A DNA stretch of 63,951 bases, filler included, from an uncultured bacterium (GTDB lineage Bacteria > Latescibacterota > UBA2968): NCBI GenBank assembly GCA_964471275.1. It is 4 parts of 4 records of this genome, joined end to end, with 100 filler letters (N's around TTAATTAATTAA, not from the genome) between each part and the next. Parts side by side here need not be neighbours in the genome. Positions count along the whole stretch, not along the records: positions 17,696 to 35,174 come from CAYYGZ010000080.1; positions 35,275 to 52,688 come from CAYYGZ010000081.1; 2 more parts are not named here. One strand, 5' to 3'. Below the pieces are notes generated by a model that ran no database searches, was not told where the DNA came from, and saw nothing but the letters and a program-made list of their open reading frames with translations. This document shows, piece by piece, positions 29,383-39,031 of the stretch. Each line of letters opens with the position of its first letter. Position 1 is the first letter of the stretch. The position numbers were made by a program, and so were the translations under genes.

Positions 29383-30528
29383 GTGAACGATATGAATCCA
29401 CGACACGGGTATATGCTTGTTGCGGCTGCGGCAATTCTCTTGGGAGTGACCCCGGTTGCGTCTCAGTTCCGGCGGGACACAACCCGGGTGAACGATCAGG
29501 AATTTCTGCGTCTGCTGAAACAGTCGGATGAGCTCAACGAGGAACAGCAGAGCCGGGCGAAGCGGACCCACAATCCGCGGATTCTGATGCGACTGGCGGA
29601 CGACGAAGATCCTGGTGTCAGATTTCGCGTCGCCTTCAATCCCTACACACCCGCCGAGACGCTCCTGAATCTGGCAGGTGACCCGAACCCGACGGTGCGC
29701 TGGGGCGTGGCTCGAAACGATCGCTTCCTGTTCGAGATCGATTCGTCATTCGTCGCCGATCTTGACCAGGCAGGTAATCTAGTAGAACTCAGTCGTGAGT
29801 TCGGTAGAAACGGCATAACTCTGAGCAGAAATGGTGAATTGACGGCAGACATGCCCGGCCGTCAGTGGTCCCTGCGGGATGATTTTCATAGTTTCGAGAT
29901 CAAGAAACGACGGCTAGGTCTGTTTGTCTACTCTGAGCAGACACCGAGAGAGGCTAGAGATGATCTGGTCAGGGATTACTCTGAAGTCGTCCGGGTTGGC
30001 CTCGCAAGCAATCCGAATATGACAACCGACATTATGCGCACCCTCTCCGATGACATCTCCACAACGGCGAGGAAGTATATCGCCGCGAACGAAAACACGG
30101 ATGAAACCACACTTGAGATTCTGTCGAAGGATCCCGAACGCGCGGTCAGACTGGGCGTCGCCGGGAACGCGTCGACAGCTTTACACGTGCTCGAACGTCT
30201 TGCGGCCGACCGGGATGACGCTATCCGAATTCAGGTCTGTAAGAACGCGGGATCGTCGCCCGCTTTGCTGTTGGGCATGATCTTCGACAACAGTGTTGAC
30301 GTACGAACGGCTGCCGGCGCACACCGGGCAATGCCATCTCCGGGTCTGATCAAACTCGCCCGTGATGATGAACTGACAGTACGTCAAGCTGTAGTGGACA
30401 ATCCGAATACTTTGCCCGAGGCGTTGAAACGGCTATCATTCGATGCCGATGACGACGTCAGGGGGCAGGCGCGGACGCGTTTGTCCGTGATCCTGAAGGA
30501 CCAGATTAAAGAAGACCGTGAACGCTAG
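29383..30528 (+). CDS. Exported leucine-rich-variant/HEAT-like repeat protein
   Basis: Signal peptide followed by repeated L..LA.D....VR..VA.NP.T units. Confidence 0.8.
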   Translation: MNDMNPRHGYMLVAAAAILLGVTPVASQFRRDTTRVNDQEFLRLLKQSDELNEEQQSRAKRTHNPRILMRLADDEDPGVRFRVAFNPYTPAETLLNLAGDPNPTVRWGVARNDRFLFEIDSSFVADLDQAGNLVELSREFGRNGITLSRNGELTADMPGRQWSLRDDFHSFEIKKRRLGLFVYSEQTPREARDDLVRDYSEVVRVGLASNPNMTTDIMRTLSDDISTTARKYIAANENTDETTLEILSKDPERAVRLGVAGNASTALHVLERLAADRDDAIRIQVCKNAGSSPALLLGMIFDNSVDVRTAAGAHRAMPSPGLIKLARDDELTVRQAVVDNPNTLPEALKRLSFDADDDVRGQARTRLSVILKDQIKEDRER

Positions 30529-30562
30529 CTGACACCGTCCAGCGTCGAATACGTCTGACGCC

Positions 30563-31378
30563 GTGGAGGCTGTTGTGGGTGATATACTGCTTATCGACGG
30601 AAATCCGGACCACGTCCGGCCACTCTCAGGACTCTTTAAATACCGGCTCAAGCACAATCTGATGGTTGTCGGTAACTGTGTTTCGGGGCTTCGCCTGATC
30701 GATACGCAGGCACCCGATGTCATCTTGATCAACGCGTTGCTCTTCGCCACTGAAGATTTCGGTTTTGCGAGAGCTCTTGCCGAGGATGAAGCACACGCAT
30801 CGATTAAAGTGATCGTCCTGATTTCAGGGCGTTTGGACGAAATACGGGCACGCTCTGTTGAGCAGTTTGGCGCCTCGATCCTCGAGCTTCCGGCCAGTGC
30901 CTCAGAGATGACCGAGACGATCTCGAAGGCTTCGGGGCTGCGACGCCAGACGTCGGCGCCACAACCCGTCTCGTGGGCACAGACAGAGCTGCCCGCCAAG
31001 AAGACTCCGCCCCCACGGGAGCCCGAGGCCAAACTTGTCACGTGGGCACCCCTGAGTGCAGACGAGTCAGAGGGAGAGACCTCGATCCGGGCGGTGAACT
31101 GGGCCGTTGACGGAGTTGACGGGAGAGGGTCGAGACCCAAACCTTCACGTTCAGCAAAGTCTTCTCAGAAATCCCCAAGCGAAGACGCCTCACCGAAGGA
31201 GACGGGACCAAATGTTTTTCGCCCCGGCTTCTCATCAGATGGTGGAAGGTTCAGATCAATGGCGGAATCGGCTGAGAAAGTGGAGGAATCCGGGGCCGAG
31301 AATGACCCCAGAGCGTTCAAAGTATCTGACTTCAGCGAATTGAAGGATGTTGACCCACGGAAAGTGAAGAACAGGTAG
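30563..31378 (+). CDS. Atypical (pseudo-)receiver domain protein with disordered C-terminal tail
   Basis: ILLIDG...PDVILIN...IKVIVLIS receiver topology. Asn sits at the phospho-acceptor position and there is no KP motif. Confidence 0.65.
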   Translation: MEAVVGDILLIDGNPDHVRPLSGLFKYRLKHNLMVVGNCVSGLRLIDTQAPDVILINALLFATEDFGFARALAEDEAHASIKVIVLISGRLDEIRARSVEQFGASILELPASASEMTETISKASGLRRQTSAPQPVSWAQTELPAKKTPPPREPEAKLVTWAPLSADESEGETSIRAVNWAVDGVDGRGSRPKPSRSAKSSQKSPSEDASPKETGPNVFRPGFSSDGGRFRSMAESAEKVEESGAENDPRAFKVSDFSELKDVDPRKVKNR

Positions 31379-31514
31379 CATCCTAGGGAGTCGTGAAGGC
31401 CCGGTGTCCAGTGCAATTGTTGCTGGGCACCTTTTTAATTGGTAAATTGAGGCGCTTTCTGCGAGGATGAAGGTTGTTTTCTGGAGTCGGGTAACCCACG
31501 CGGACGGGAGTCGC

Positions 31515-34376
31515 ATGACGGACAAGGCGCAGCAACTGGAGAAACTTCTCACTGGCCAAGCCCAAGGCGAGGTGCGATTTGACAGGCTGTCTCGCATTCT
31601 CTACAGCACCGACGCAAGCATGTATCAAATCGAGCCTGTTGGTGTGTTTCTGCCGAAATCACGTGGCGACGTGGTATCAGCCATCCGGATTGCGAATGAG
31701 TTGAGCATACCCGTGATTCCGCGTGGGGGGGGCACGGGGCTTGCAGGTCAGACCGTAGGGAAAGCCCTGATCATTGATTTATCCAAGTACTTGAATCAGA
31801 TCCTGGAGTTGAACGTCGAGGAACGATGGGTGAGGGTCCAGCCCGGTGTCGTTCTCGATGAACTGAACGCGTATCTGAAACCGCACGGTCTCCACTTAGC
31901 CCCTGACGTCGCCACAAGCAGTCGTGCCAACGTCGGTGGGATGATCTCGAACAATTCGGCCGGGGCACACTCCGTCAAGTACGGCAAGACGATCGACCAC
32001 GTCCTGGAACTCGAAGTCGTAATGTCGGATGGCACGGTCTGCAGATGGGGCGAAATGCAGTCCGATGAAATCCGTTCCCGAGCCGAACAGAAGAACCGCG
32101 AAGGTCAGATCTTCCGCGAGGTCGTTCGTCTGTCCCTTACGCATCGCGACGAAATCGAATCGCGATACCCGAAAATTCTCAGGCGGGTCGGCGGCTACAA
32201 TCTGGATGCATTCATTGACGGCAAGCCGTTCAACATGAGCCGGATGGTCGTTGGGTCCGAGGGGACGTTGGTTACCGTCACTGAAGCGATGGTGAACCTC
32301 GAGCCGCTTCCCAAAGCGAAGGCGCTCGGCGTGATCCAGTTCCACGGCCTGATTGAGTCCCTGCGCGCCGTGGCACCCATCCTCGAATCGACTCCTGCCG
32401 CCGTTGAACTGATCGACAAGATGATTCTGGACCAGACTAAGGGTTCGATCGAGCTGTCCAAACAGCGTTCCTGGGTAGAAGGGGATCCACACGCCGTGCT
32501 CGTCGTGGAATACTACGGCGATACGCTCGATGAGATTCACCCGCAGTTGGACAGGCTCGAGAAGATGCTGGCCGAGAAGGGGCTTGGTTACGGTTTCAGG
32601 AAGGCTGTCTCCCCCGAAGAGCAGAACAACGTATGGAATATCCGGAAAGCCGGGCTCGGTCTCTTGATGGGTATTGTCGGCGACGCCAAACCGGTGGCTT
32701 TTGTGGAGGATTCCGCAGTCAGCCCTGAGTTGCTGCCCGAATACATCGAGGAATTTGAGCGGATTGTTCGCTCACACAACACCGTGGCGGGTTACTATGC
32801 GCACGCCAGTGTCGGTCTTCTGCATATTCGGCCCGTGGTGAACCTGAAATCACCAGACGGAGTCGCACAAATGCGCTCGATCGCCGAGGAAGTGCGTGAT
32901 CTCGTCCTCAGGTTTGGTGGCTCGGTGAGCGGCGAGCACGGCGATGGCCTGGTGCGGAGCTGTTGGAACGAACAGGTGTTCGGTACTCGCCTCTACTCTG
33001 CGTTTAGGGAGGTCAAACGAGCATTCGATCCAATCGGTCTGATGAACCCGGGCAAGATCGTTGATGCGCCGATGATGACCGAAAACCTGAGGATCGGTCC
33101 CGATTACAAGGCTGAGGAACCGCAGACTCATTTCGATTTCTCCTCGCAGGGCGGTTTTGCCCGGGCCATCGAGATGTGCAACGGTGTTGGCCAATGCCGG
33201 AAGAAACTTGTAGGTACGATGTGCCCCTCCTACATGGCCACGCTGGATGAGGCCGACACGACACGGGGTCGCGCCAATGTCCTCAGGGCAGCCGTTTCCG
33301 GTGAACTCGACGGGGGCCTGACCGATGAGACCGTTTACGAGGCGCTGGACCTGTGTCTCGAGTGCAAGGCCTGCAAATCGGAGTGTCCGTCGAATGTTGA
33401 CATGGGCAAGCTGAAGTATGAGTTCATGGCCCATTACTACGAAAGACACGGCAGGCCGCTGCGAGCGTGGCTGTTCGGGAATATCGAGACGATCAACAAA
33501 GTCGGTTGCCTGTTCGCGCCTGTCTCAAACTGGATTGCGGAGACCGGGCTTTCAAAGAAGCTGATGCCGAAGATTGGCATCGCACCCGAGCGATCCCTGC
33601 CACCTTTTGCGGGGCGAACCTTCGAGCGCTGGTTCAGAAAACGTCACGGCAAAGCTTCGGATAAGAAGGTCGCACTTTTTGCAGACACCTACCTGAACTA
33701 TAACTATCCCTCGATCGGCGAATCCGCTACAGAAGTTCTGGAAGCCGCCGGCTACGAGGTCCTCCTGGCCAAAAAACGGTGCTGCGGTCGCCCGATGCTG
33801 ACCGGCGGCATGCTGTCAGAGGTCAAGCAGAACGCGACATACAACGTCGACCGGCTGTCGGAGTATGTCAGGGCCGGATACGAGATCGTCGGGTTCGAGC
33901 CCAGCTGTGTTTCCATGCTCACTGATGATTACCGCGACCTGATTCCGGGTGATGCGACCACGGTCGTTGCCGAGCACGCGCATACCTTTGAGAGCTTTCT
34001 CTCCAGCCTTGATCGAGAAAGAGGTCTGGACCTTGCCTTTAAGGGAACGGAGAAGAGAATCCTGGTTCACGGACACTGCCACCAGAAGGCGCTGTGGGGG
34101 ATTGGGCCCTCTCTGGATGTCCTCAACCTTCCGCCAGGTTACAACGCCACGGCTGTCGATTCTGCCTGTTGCGGCATGGCTGGATCGTTTGGTTTCGAGA
34201 GCGAGCATTACGACATCTCATTGAAGATCGGCGAGCAGCGGCTGCTGAGCGTGGTCCGTGATGCCCCTGCTGACACGGAAATCGTCGCTGCGGGGCTGTC
34301 GTGTCGGGAGCAAATCATACAGGCAACAGGTCGACAGGTACGTCACCCCGCTGAGGTACTCCGGGAAGCGCTGTAG
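31515..34376 (+). CDS. FAD-linked / Fe-S oxidoreductase (YdiJ / D-2-hydroxyacid dehydrogenase-like)
   Basis: YSTDASMY, PRGGGTGLAGQ, GSEGTL, SGEHGDG, CNGVGQC, MCPSY, CLECKACKSECP, CCG motifs. Confidence 0.92.
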   Translation: MTDKAQQLEKLLTGQAQGEVRFDRLSRILYSTDASMYQIEPVGVFLPKSRGDVVSAIRIANELSIPVIPRGGGTGLAGQTVGKALIIDLSKYLNQILELNVEERWVRVQPGVVLDELNAYLKPHGLHLAPDVATSSRANVGGMISNNSAGAHSVKYGKTIDHVLELEVVMSDGTVCRWGEMQSDEIRSRAEQKNREGQIFREVVRLSLTHRDEIESRYPKILRRVGGYNLDAFIDGKPFNMSRMVVGSEGTLVTVTEAMVNLEPLPKAKALGVIQFHGLIESLRAVAPILESTPAAVELIDKMILDQTKGSIELSKQRSWVEGDPHAVLVVEYYGDTLDEIHPQLDRLEKMLAEKGLGYGFRKAVSPEEQNNVWNIRKAGLGLLMGIVGDAKPVAFVEDSAVSPELLPEYIEEFERIVRSHNTVAGYYAHASVGLLHIRPVVNLKSPDGVAQMRSIAEEVRDLVLRFGGSVSGEHGDGLVRSCWNEQVFGTRLYSAFREVKRAFDPIGLMNPGKIVDAPMMTENLRIGPDYKAEEPQTHFDFSSQGGFARAIEMCNGVGQCRKKLVGTMCPSYMATLDEADTTRGRANVLRAAVSGELDGGLTDETVYEALDLCLECKACKSECPSNVDMGKLKYEFMAHYYERHGRPLRAWLFGNIETINKVGCLFAPVSNWIAETGLSKKLMPKIGIAPERSLPPFAGRTFERWFRKRHGKASDKKVALFADTYLNYNYPSIGESATEVLEAAGYEVLLAKKRCCGRPMLTGGMLSEVKQNATYNVDRLSEYVRAGYEIVGFEPSCVSMLTDDYRDLIPGDATTVVAEHAHTFESFLSSLDRERGLDLAFKGTEKRILVHGHCHQKALWGIGPSLDVLNLPPGYNATAVDSACCGMAGSFGFESEHYDISLKIGEQRLLSVVRDAPADTEIVAAGLSCREQIIQATGRQVRHPAEVLREAL

Positions 34377-34660
34377 TGGACGACATTATCCGCCAGAACA
34401 TCGTAGTTACCGGACGCGTACAGGGTGTCGGATACCGATACTTCGTCCAGAGAGAAGCACACGCGCTCGGGCTGGCGGGTTTTGTTCGAAATCTGGCGAG
34501 CGGAGACGTCGAGGCAGAAGTGGAGGGAGCACCCGACCTCTTGACCAAACTCTTGGTTGCCCTTCGACGCGGCCCTGCGCTCGCGCGAGTCGATGTCGTC
34601 AAGGTGACCGATTGTCCAGTCCGGAACGACACAGACGAACGATTCACCATCACCTACTAA
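34376..34660 (+). CDS. acyP: Acylphosphatase
   Basis: GRVQGVGYR, G.VRN..SG.VE...EG, GP. Confidence 0.92.
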   Translation: MDDIIRQNIVVTGRVQGVGYRYFVQREAHALGLAGFVRNLASGDVEAEVEGAPDLLTKLLVALRRGPALARVDVVKVTDCPVRNDTDERFTITY

Positions 34661-34688
34661 ACCCTACGACCGCGAGAAACCAAGACAT

Positions 34689-35174
34689 ATGAACCTGGAA
34701 GACCATATACGAGACGTGCCTGACTTTCCAAAGCCCGGAATCATATTCAAGGACATTATGCCCCTGCTTGGCCACGCGGAGGCATTCGATGCCTCTGTTA
34801 CGGCACTTGCGGACCCTTACCGTGAAAGCGACATCGATGCGGTAGTCGGGATCGAGTCTCGCGGTTTCATATTCGGGGCCGCCGTTGCGCGTGAGCTTGG
34901 TGTCGGCTTCGTACCGATAAGAAAACCGGGAAAGCTGCCTGCCGACACAATCTCCGTATCCTATTCACTGGAGTATGGTGAAGATACTGTCGAGATGCAT
35001 CGGGATGCCCTCTCCGAAGGACAGAAGGTGCTCGTTCTCGATGACGTGCTGGCAACGGGCGGCACCATGGCTGCAGCCTGTGATCTGGTAGAGAAGACAG
35101 GGGCTGACATCACGGGTGTTGTCTTTCTCGTAGAGCTGAATTTTCTCAACGGTCGGGAGAAGCTTTTCGGACAG
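34689..35174 (+). CDS. apt: Adenine phosphoribosyltransferase (3'-truncated at contig end)
   Basis: PDFPKPGIIFKDI, ESRGF, RKPGKLP, LEYG, DDVLATGGT. Confidence 0.95.
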
Positions 35175-35274
35175 NNNNNNNNNNNNNNNNNNNNNNNNNN
35201 NNNNNNNNNNNNNNNNNNTTAATTAATTAANNNNNNNNNNNNNNNNNNNNNNNNNNNNNNNNNNNNNNNNNNNN
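35175..35274. other. Artificial contig linker
   Basis: N-run with a central TTAATTAATTAA. Confidence 0.97.
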
Positions 35275-35722
35275 ATCGCGGGGCCGGCGTTCTTCAAGCG
35301 GAATCAGAACAATGTCTGGGAGCGGACGGTGTTGATGGATGACCTGGATGTGCGGACGCTTGCGGCCGTCGGTGACCTGGATGAAGGCAGGATGGTGTGG
35401 TTCAGGGGGCCGAATTGGGTGGGAGCCGACCGATCTGGGTGAGAAATTCTTTCATCTGCACACGCTGGAGATCGCAGACTTCGATGGGGATGGGAACCTG
35501 GATCTGCTAGTCGGCGAGATGGGGCAGGGGAAGAACGAGACTCCGAGGGAAATCATCTTCAGAGGTCTCGACAAACGCATCATCGAGCCTGAAGTAATCG
35601 CTCACCTGCCGACACACGGAGCAAAAGCCGGGGACATCACGGGTGACGGGATGCCGGATATCGCGGGGAAGCCCTACAACTCTGGGAAGGATCAGATCGA
35701 TTTGCTAATCAACAGGGGCTGA
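35275..35722 (+). pseudogene. FG-GAP/VCBS repeat protein, 3' fragment with frameshift
   Basis: ADFDGDGNLDLLVG and GDITGDGMPDI repeats. The upstream frame (..VGDLDEGRMVWFRGPNW) shifts at a TGGG-TGGG duplication near 35416-35423. Confidence 0.7.
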
Positions 35723-35943
35723 TTCCAAATCTTGATCAGATAGAAGAGCCTACCACCCCTCGGCCGCGCTCGGGGCAGGCGCCAGGCACAGGAAGCACGA
35801 AAGGGTGTGGTTGGCCCCGTCGCCTTGTGTGACTGAGCCCAGGGATGGTCAACTCCAAAGAGACTGTCCTGCCCCGATTGGGGTCGGATCCCACTGTAAG
35901 AGACGGCCCAATGATTGGGAACGTCTACGATCAAAGGGAGATG

Positions 35944-37449
35944 CTACGGCAGATATTGGTCGAGCGCTCCCCTGCGTGCATTAAACTTCGGGAAGTGATT
36001 CCAGTAGGTGCCGTTGGCCTTCATGGCATCGCGTATGTGGGCGCGGCGATACAGGCTTTCAAGGTTCTCATCCATCATCGAAGCCGGATCGAAACGATCG
36101 AGTATCTGCTGTCGCATCCTCCGGGCAACATCCTGGCTTGCGGTATCACCAATGAGGCTGTTCCACTCGCCCGGGTCTGCTTCCAGATCGAATAGCTGAT
36201 CTTCGTTCTCGTGGATGTAGTTGTACTTGTATCGGCCCTGACGTGCCATGACGCAGGGTACGCCAACGGCTTCGTGTGCCTGAGCAAAGATGCAGCGGTC
36301 GACAGGTTCGTTCTCCAGGACGCCGTACAGGCTTTCACCATCGTGCGGTAGATTCGCGTCTGTCCCTGCGGCCTGGCAGAATGTGGGGAGCAGGTCGAGG
36401 AGCGATACGGGTGTATCGCACACACTACCGGCTTTCCAGCGATCCGGAAAGCGAACAAGGAATGGAACTCGACAGGACCATTCGTAGAAATTACGTTTCT
36501 GGACCATCTCCTTCTCACAGAGCATATCACCGTGATCGCTGGCGAAGACGACGATCGTGTTGTCGGCAAGGCCGGTTTCGTCGAGCGTGGTGAGCAGCTC
36601 GTCGACTTTACGATCCATGTAGGTGATCAGACCGTAGTAGGCACGACGCAATCGGCGCAGGCCATCCGGATCGCGAAGGTCGTAGCGACGTGTACCGTGA
36701 TATGCGTTCAGATTCTGGTCCAACAACGAGTAGGTGTCGTCGAGATTGCCGGGCAGCTCGGGGATGTCGATGTCCGCACCTTCGTAGAGGTCCCAGTATT
36801 CCTGAGGCGGCAGGAAGGGCTCGTGCGGATGATGGTATGACGCGCAAAGCATGAAGGGACCGCCCTCCCGCTTGCGTGCTTTGGATCGCAAGTACTCGAT
36901 CGATCGAAAATGCACTTCCTCATCGTAGCTCAGAGCATTGTGCCAGGTGTTCACGCGAACAGCATCGCCGGTGTAGCTCCTGGAATTGTAGGCAGGTCTA
37001 TCGTTCATCACCTCTTCGCAGTCCTGGCCGCGTGTCTCCTTCAGTCGTATCCACTCCGGTTTCACCCAATCGAAATGACACGAGTAAATGTCGGTAGTCG
37101 TCCGGCGCTGGAAGCCGTGAAGCTGATCAGGTCCTACGTAGTGCATCTTGCCCGAAAGGAGCGTGTCATAGCCGGCGTTGGTCAGGTAATGCGCCCAGGT
37201 GACTTCGTCCGCAGCGAGCAGAGCGCCGTTGTCCCACGCGCCGATTTCCGAAGCATGGCGGCCGGTCATCAGACAGGCGCGTCCCGGTGAACAGAGCGGG
37301 AAAGGGGTATATGCGCTGTTGAAACGAACACCTTCGTCGGCGAGACGCTGAAGACCTGATGTCTGGACAACAGGATGTCCATATGCGCCGGTCAGTTCGG
37401 CGATCATCTGGTCGGATATGATGAAGAGGATGTTCGGCTGGTCGCTCAT
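35944..37449 (-). CDS. Sulfatase (choline-sulfatase-like)
   Basis: PNILFIISDQ, CSPGRA..MTG, GKMH, HPHEP, SDHG, RVPF. Confidence 0.93.
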   Translation of the reverse strand: MSDQPNILFIISDQMIAELTGAYGHPVVQTSGLQRLADEGVRFNSAYTPFPLCSPGRACLMTGRHASEIGAWDNGALLAADEVTWAHYLTNAGYDTLLSGKMHYVGPDQLHGFQRRTTTDIYSCHFDWVKPEWIRLKETRGQDCEEVMNDRPAYNSRSYTGDAVRVNTWHNALSYDEEVHFRSIEYLRSKARKREGGPFMLCASYHHPHEPFLPPQEYWDLYEGADIDIPELPGNLDDTYSLLDQNLNAYHGTRRYDLRDPDGLRRLRRAYYGLITYMDRKVDELLTTLDETGLADNTIVVFASDHGDMLCEKEMVQKRNFYEWSCRVPFLVRFPDRWKAGSVCDTPVSLLDLLPTFCQAAGTDANLPHDGESLYGVLENEPVDRCIFAQAHEAVGVPCVMARQGRYKYNYIHENEDQLFDLEADPGEWNSLIGDTASQDVARRMRQQILDRFDPASMMDENLESLYRRAHIRDAMKANGTYWNHFPKFNARRGALDQYLP

Positions 37450-37512
37450 AGCTTGCTCCGAGAGTTCACCTTTGGGTGCGTTGCTGACTCATACGGGCCC
37501 GGGTGCTGTGTG

Positions 37513-38616
37513 CTAAGCGAAATACTCACTGAAAATGTCGAGATACTTCCGGAAGTCGTCCAGCGAACAGTCCGGGGGAATGCGATGGTCGGGAATTGGG
37601 ATGTAACCGCCTTCCTCGACCAGAGCGAGGCGGTGCTCGAGATGTTCGCGAATGGCGGATTCCCCTCGTGGAATCACGTGCTTGTCGATCCCGCCCATCA
37701 TGCGGAGATCCTGGCCGAACCGCGATCGCAATACGACGGGATCTGTCTGCCACGTACCTACCTCTATGGGGAACAGGATGTCCACACCCGAATCCATCCA
37801 GAGCGGGATCAGAGCATCTGTCTTCCCGTCGCTATCGAGAAGCACGAGCGGCACACCCATTTCGTGGTAGAAGTCGATGAGACGACGGTAATACTTGTCG
37901 TAATACTTCGTGTAGATCGGTGGCGACAGTAGAGGTCCGGTGCTGCTGCAGCAGTCTTCGAAGAAGTAAGCGAAGTCGAAACGGACGGCTTCCAGTACGG
38001 GTCGGTAGAGCGTGATGTAGTGTTCTGTGAGCGTCGCGATGATGTCTTCGAACAACACCGGATCATCGAAAGCCAGGTAACTCCAGGCCTCGATGCCGAG
38101 CCATTCGCGTGGCCATCCAAACAGGCTGCCGGCCAGGAACGGGATGACGCGATCACTCTCGTTCAGTCTCTCGATCGTGGCGTCCCATTCCTCTCCGACG
38201 CGACCAGGTGCATCCACGTCCAGGAATCGGCAGAAGCGCTCCCACGACTCACGCGTGGGAGCGAGGGCCTCCTCGAGATGTGCGGGAATCGAGCTGCCGG
38301 ATTTGCTTTCCCGGTGTACTGCGCCAAGAGGAGTTCGTATGACGCGGTGTGTGTCGGTTTCATCGAGGATGGCGGCAGGTGCGGTCGAGATCGGGTTGGG
38401 GTTAACCAGGCCATACAGATCCCACATCCCGTCTTCCCAATCCGGATCCATCTCCGGGAGCTGGGGGCCCCCGGATCTTGCAGCCGCTGCGACATCAAGG
38501 AGCCCCTCATTTCGCCATCGTTCCTTGGTTTCTCGCCAGGTCCCGAAATAATAAACCGGCATACGGTCCACCGGTTGGTAATTCATGATGGCGTGAAAGC
38601 GTTCCTGGTGGGTCAC
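37513..38616 (-). CDS. Uroporphyrinogen decarboxylase (UroD/MtaA) family protein
   Basis: T..ERF.A.M.YQPVDRMP, FED, DSDG, GGIDK, GGYIP.PDH.IPP. GTG start at 38616. Confidence 0.85.
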   Translation of the reverse strand: MTHQERFHAIMNYQPVDRMPVYYFGTWRETKERWRNEGLLDVAAAARSGGPQLPEMDPDWEDGMWDLYGLVNPNPISTAPAAILDETDTHRVIRTPLGAVHRESKSGSSIPAHLEEALAPTRESWERFCRFLDVDAPGRVGEEWDATIERLNESDRVIPFLAGSLFGWPREWLGIEAWSYLAFDDPVLFEDIIATLTEHYITLYRPVLEAVRFDFAYFFEDCCSSTGPLLSPPIYTKYYDKYYRRLIDFYHEMGVPLVLLDSDGKTDALIPLWMDSGVDILFPIEVGTWQTDPVVLRSRFGQDLRMMGGIDKHVIPRGESAIREHLEHRLALVEEGGYIPIPDHRIPPDCSLDDFRKYLDIFSEYFA

Positions 38617-38695
38617 GTTTGGCTCCTGAGCAGTAGGGCGTTCGAGGTCTCTTCGTGTCTTTCCTGTTGAGAATACCTCACCACTTCGGATCAAG

Positions 38696-39031
38696 TTACC
38701 ATACGAAGGATCCCCACGGGCTGATCGACAGGACGCTCAGCAATTCACCCAGCGTAACGGACAGATAGCCGAGTGCCAGTCCGGGTCAGTGTCCAATGCG
38801 ATCCATCAACCAGCCAGCCGGGTAGGCCGCCAGGGCTCGACCGAGGAGTGTCACCGTTGGCGGAACGCCGACAGCACTGTCGCTACCGCTCAAGTGTGCC
38901 GCGATGATTGGCATCAACGTGAAGCCGGCGATCGTCGAGGCACTGAACAAGCTCTGAGACGCGAAAAGCGCCGCCATCATCCGTTTCCGGGCGGGAGGCG
39001 TAAGGGATGGGGTGGTATCAGCGTCTTTCAT
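38696..39031 (-). pseudogene. MFS transporter N-terminal remnant
   Basis: TM helices and GWLMDRIGH*PGL (MFS motif A with an in-frame TGA at 38786-38788), then truncated. Confidence 0.75.
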
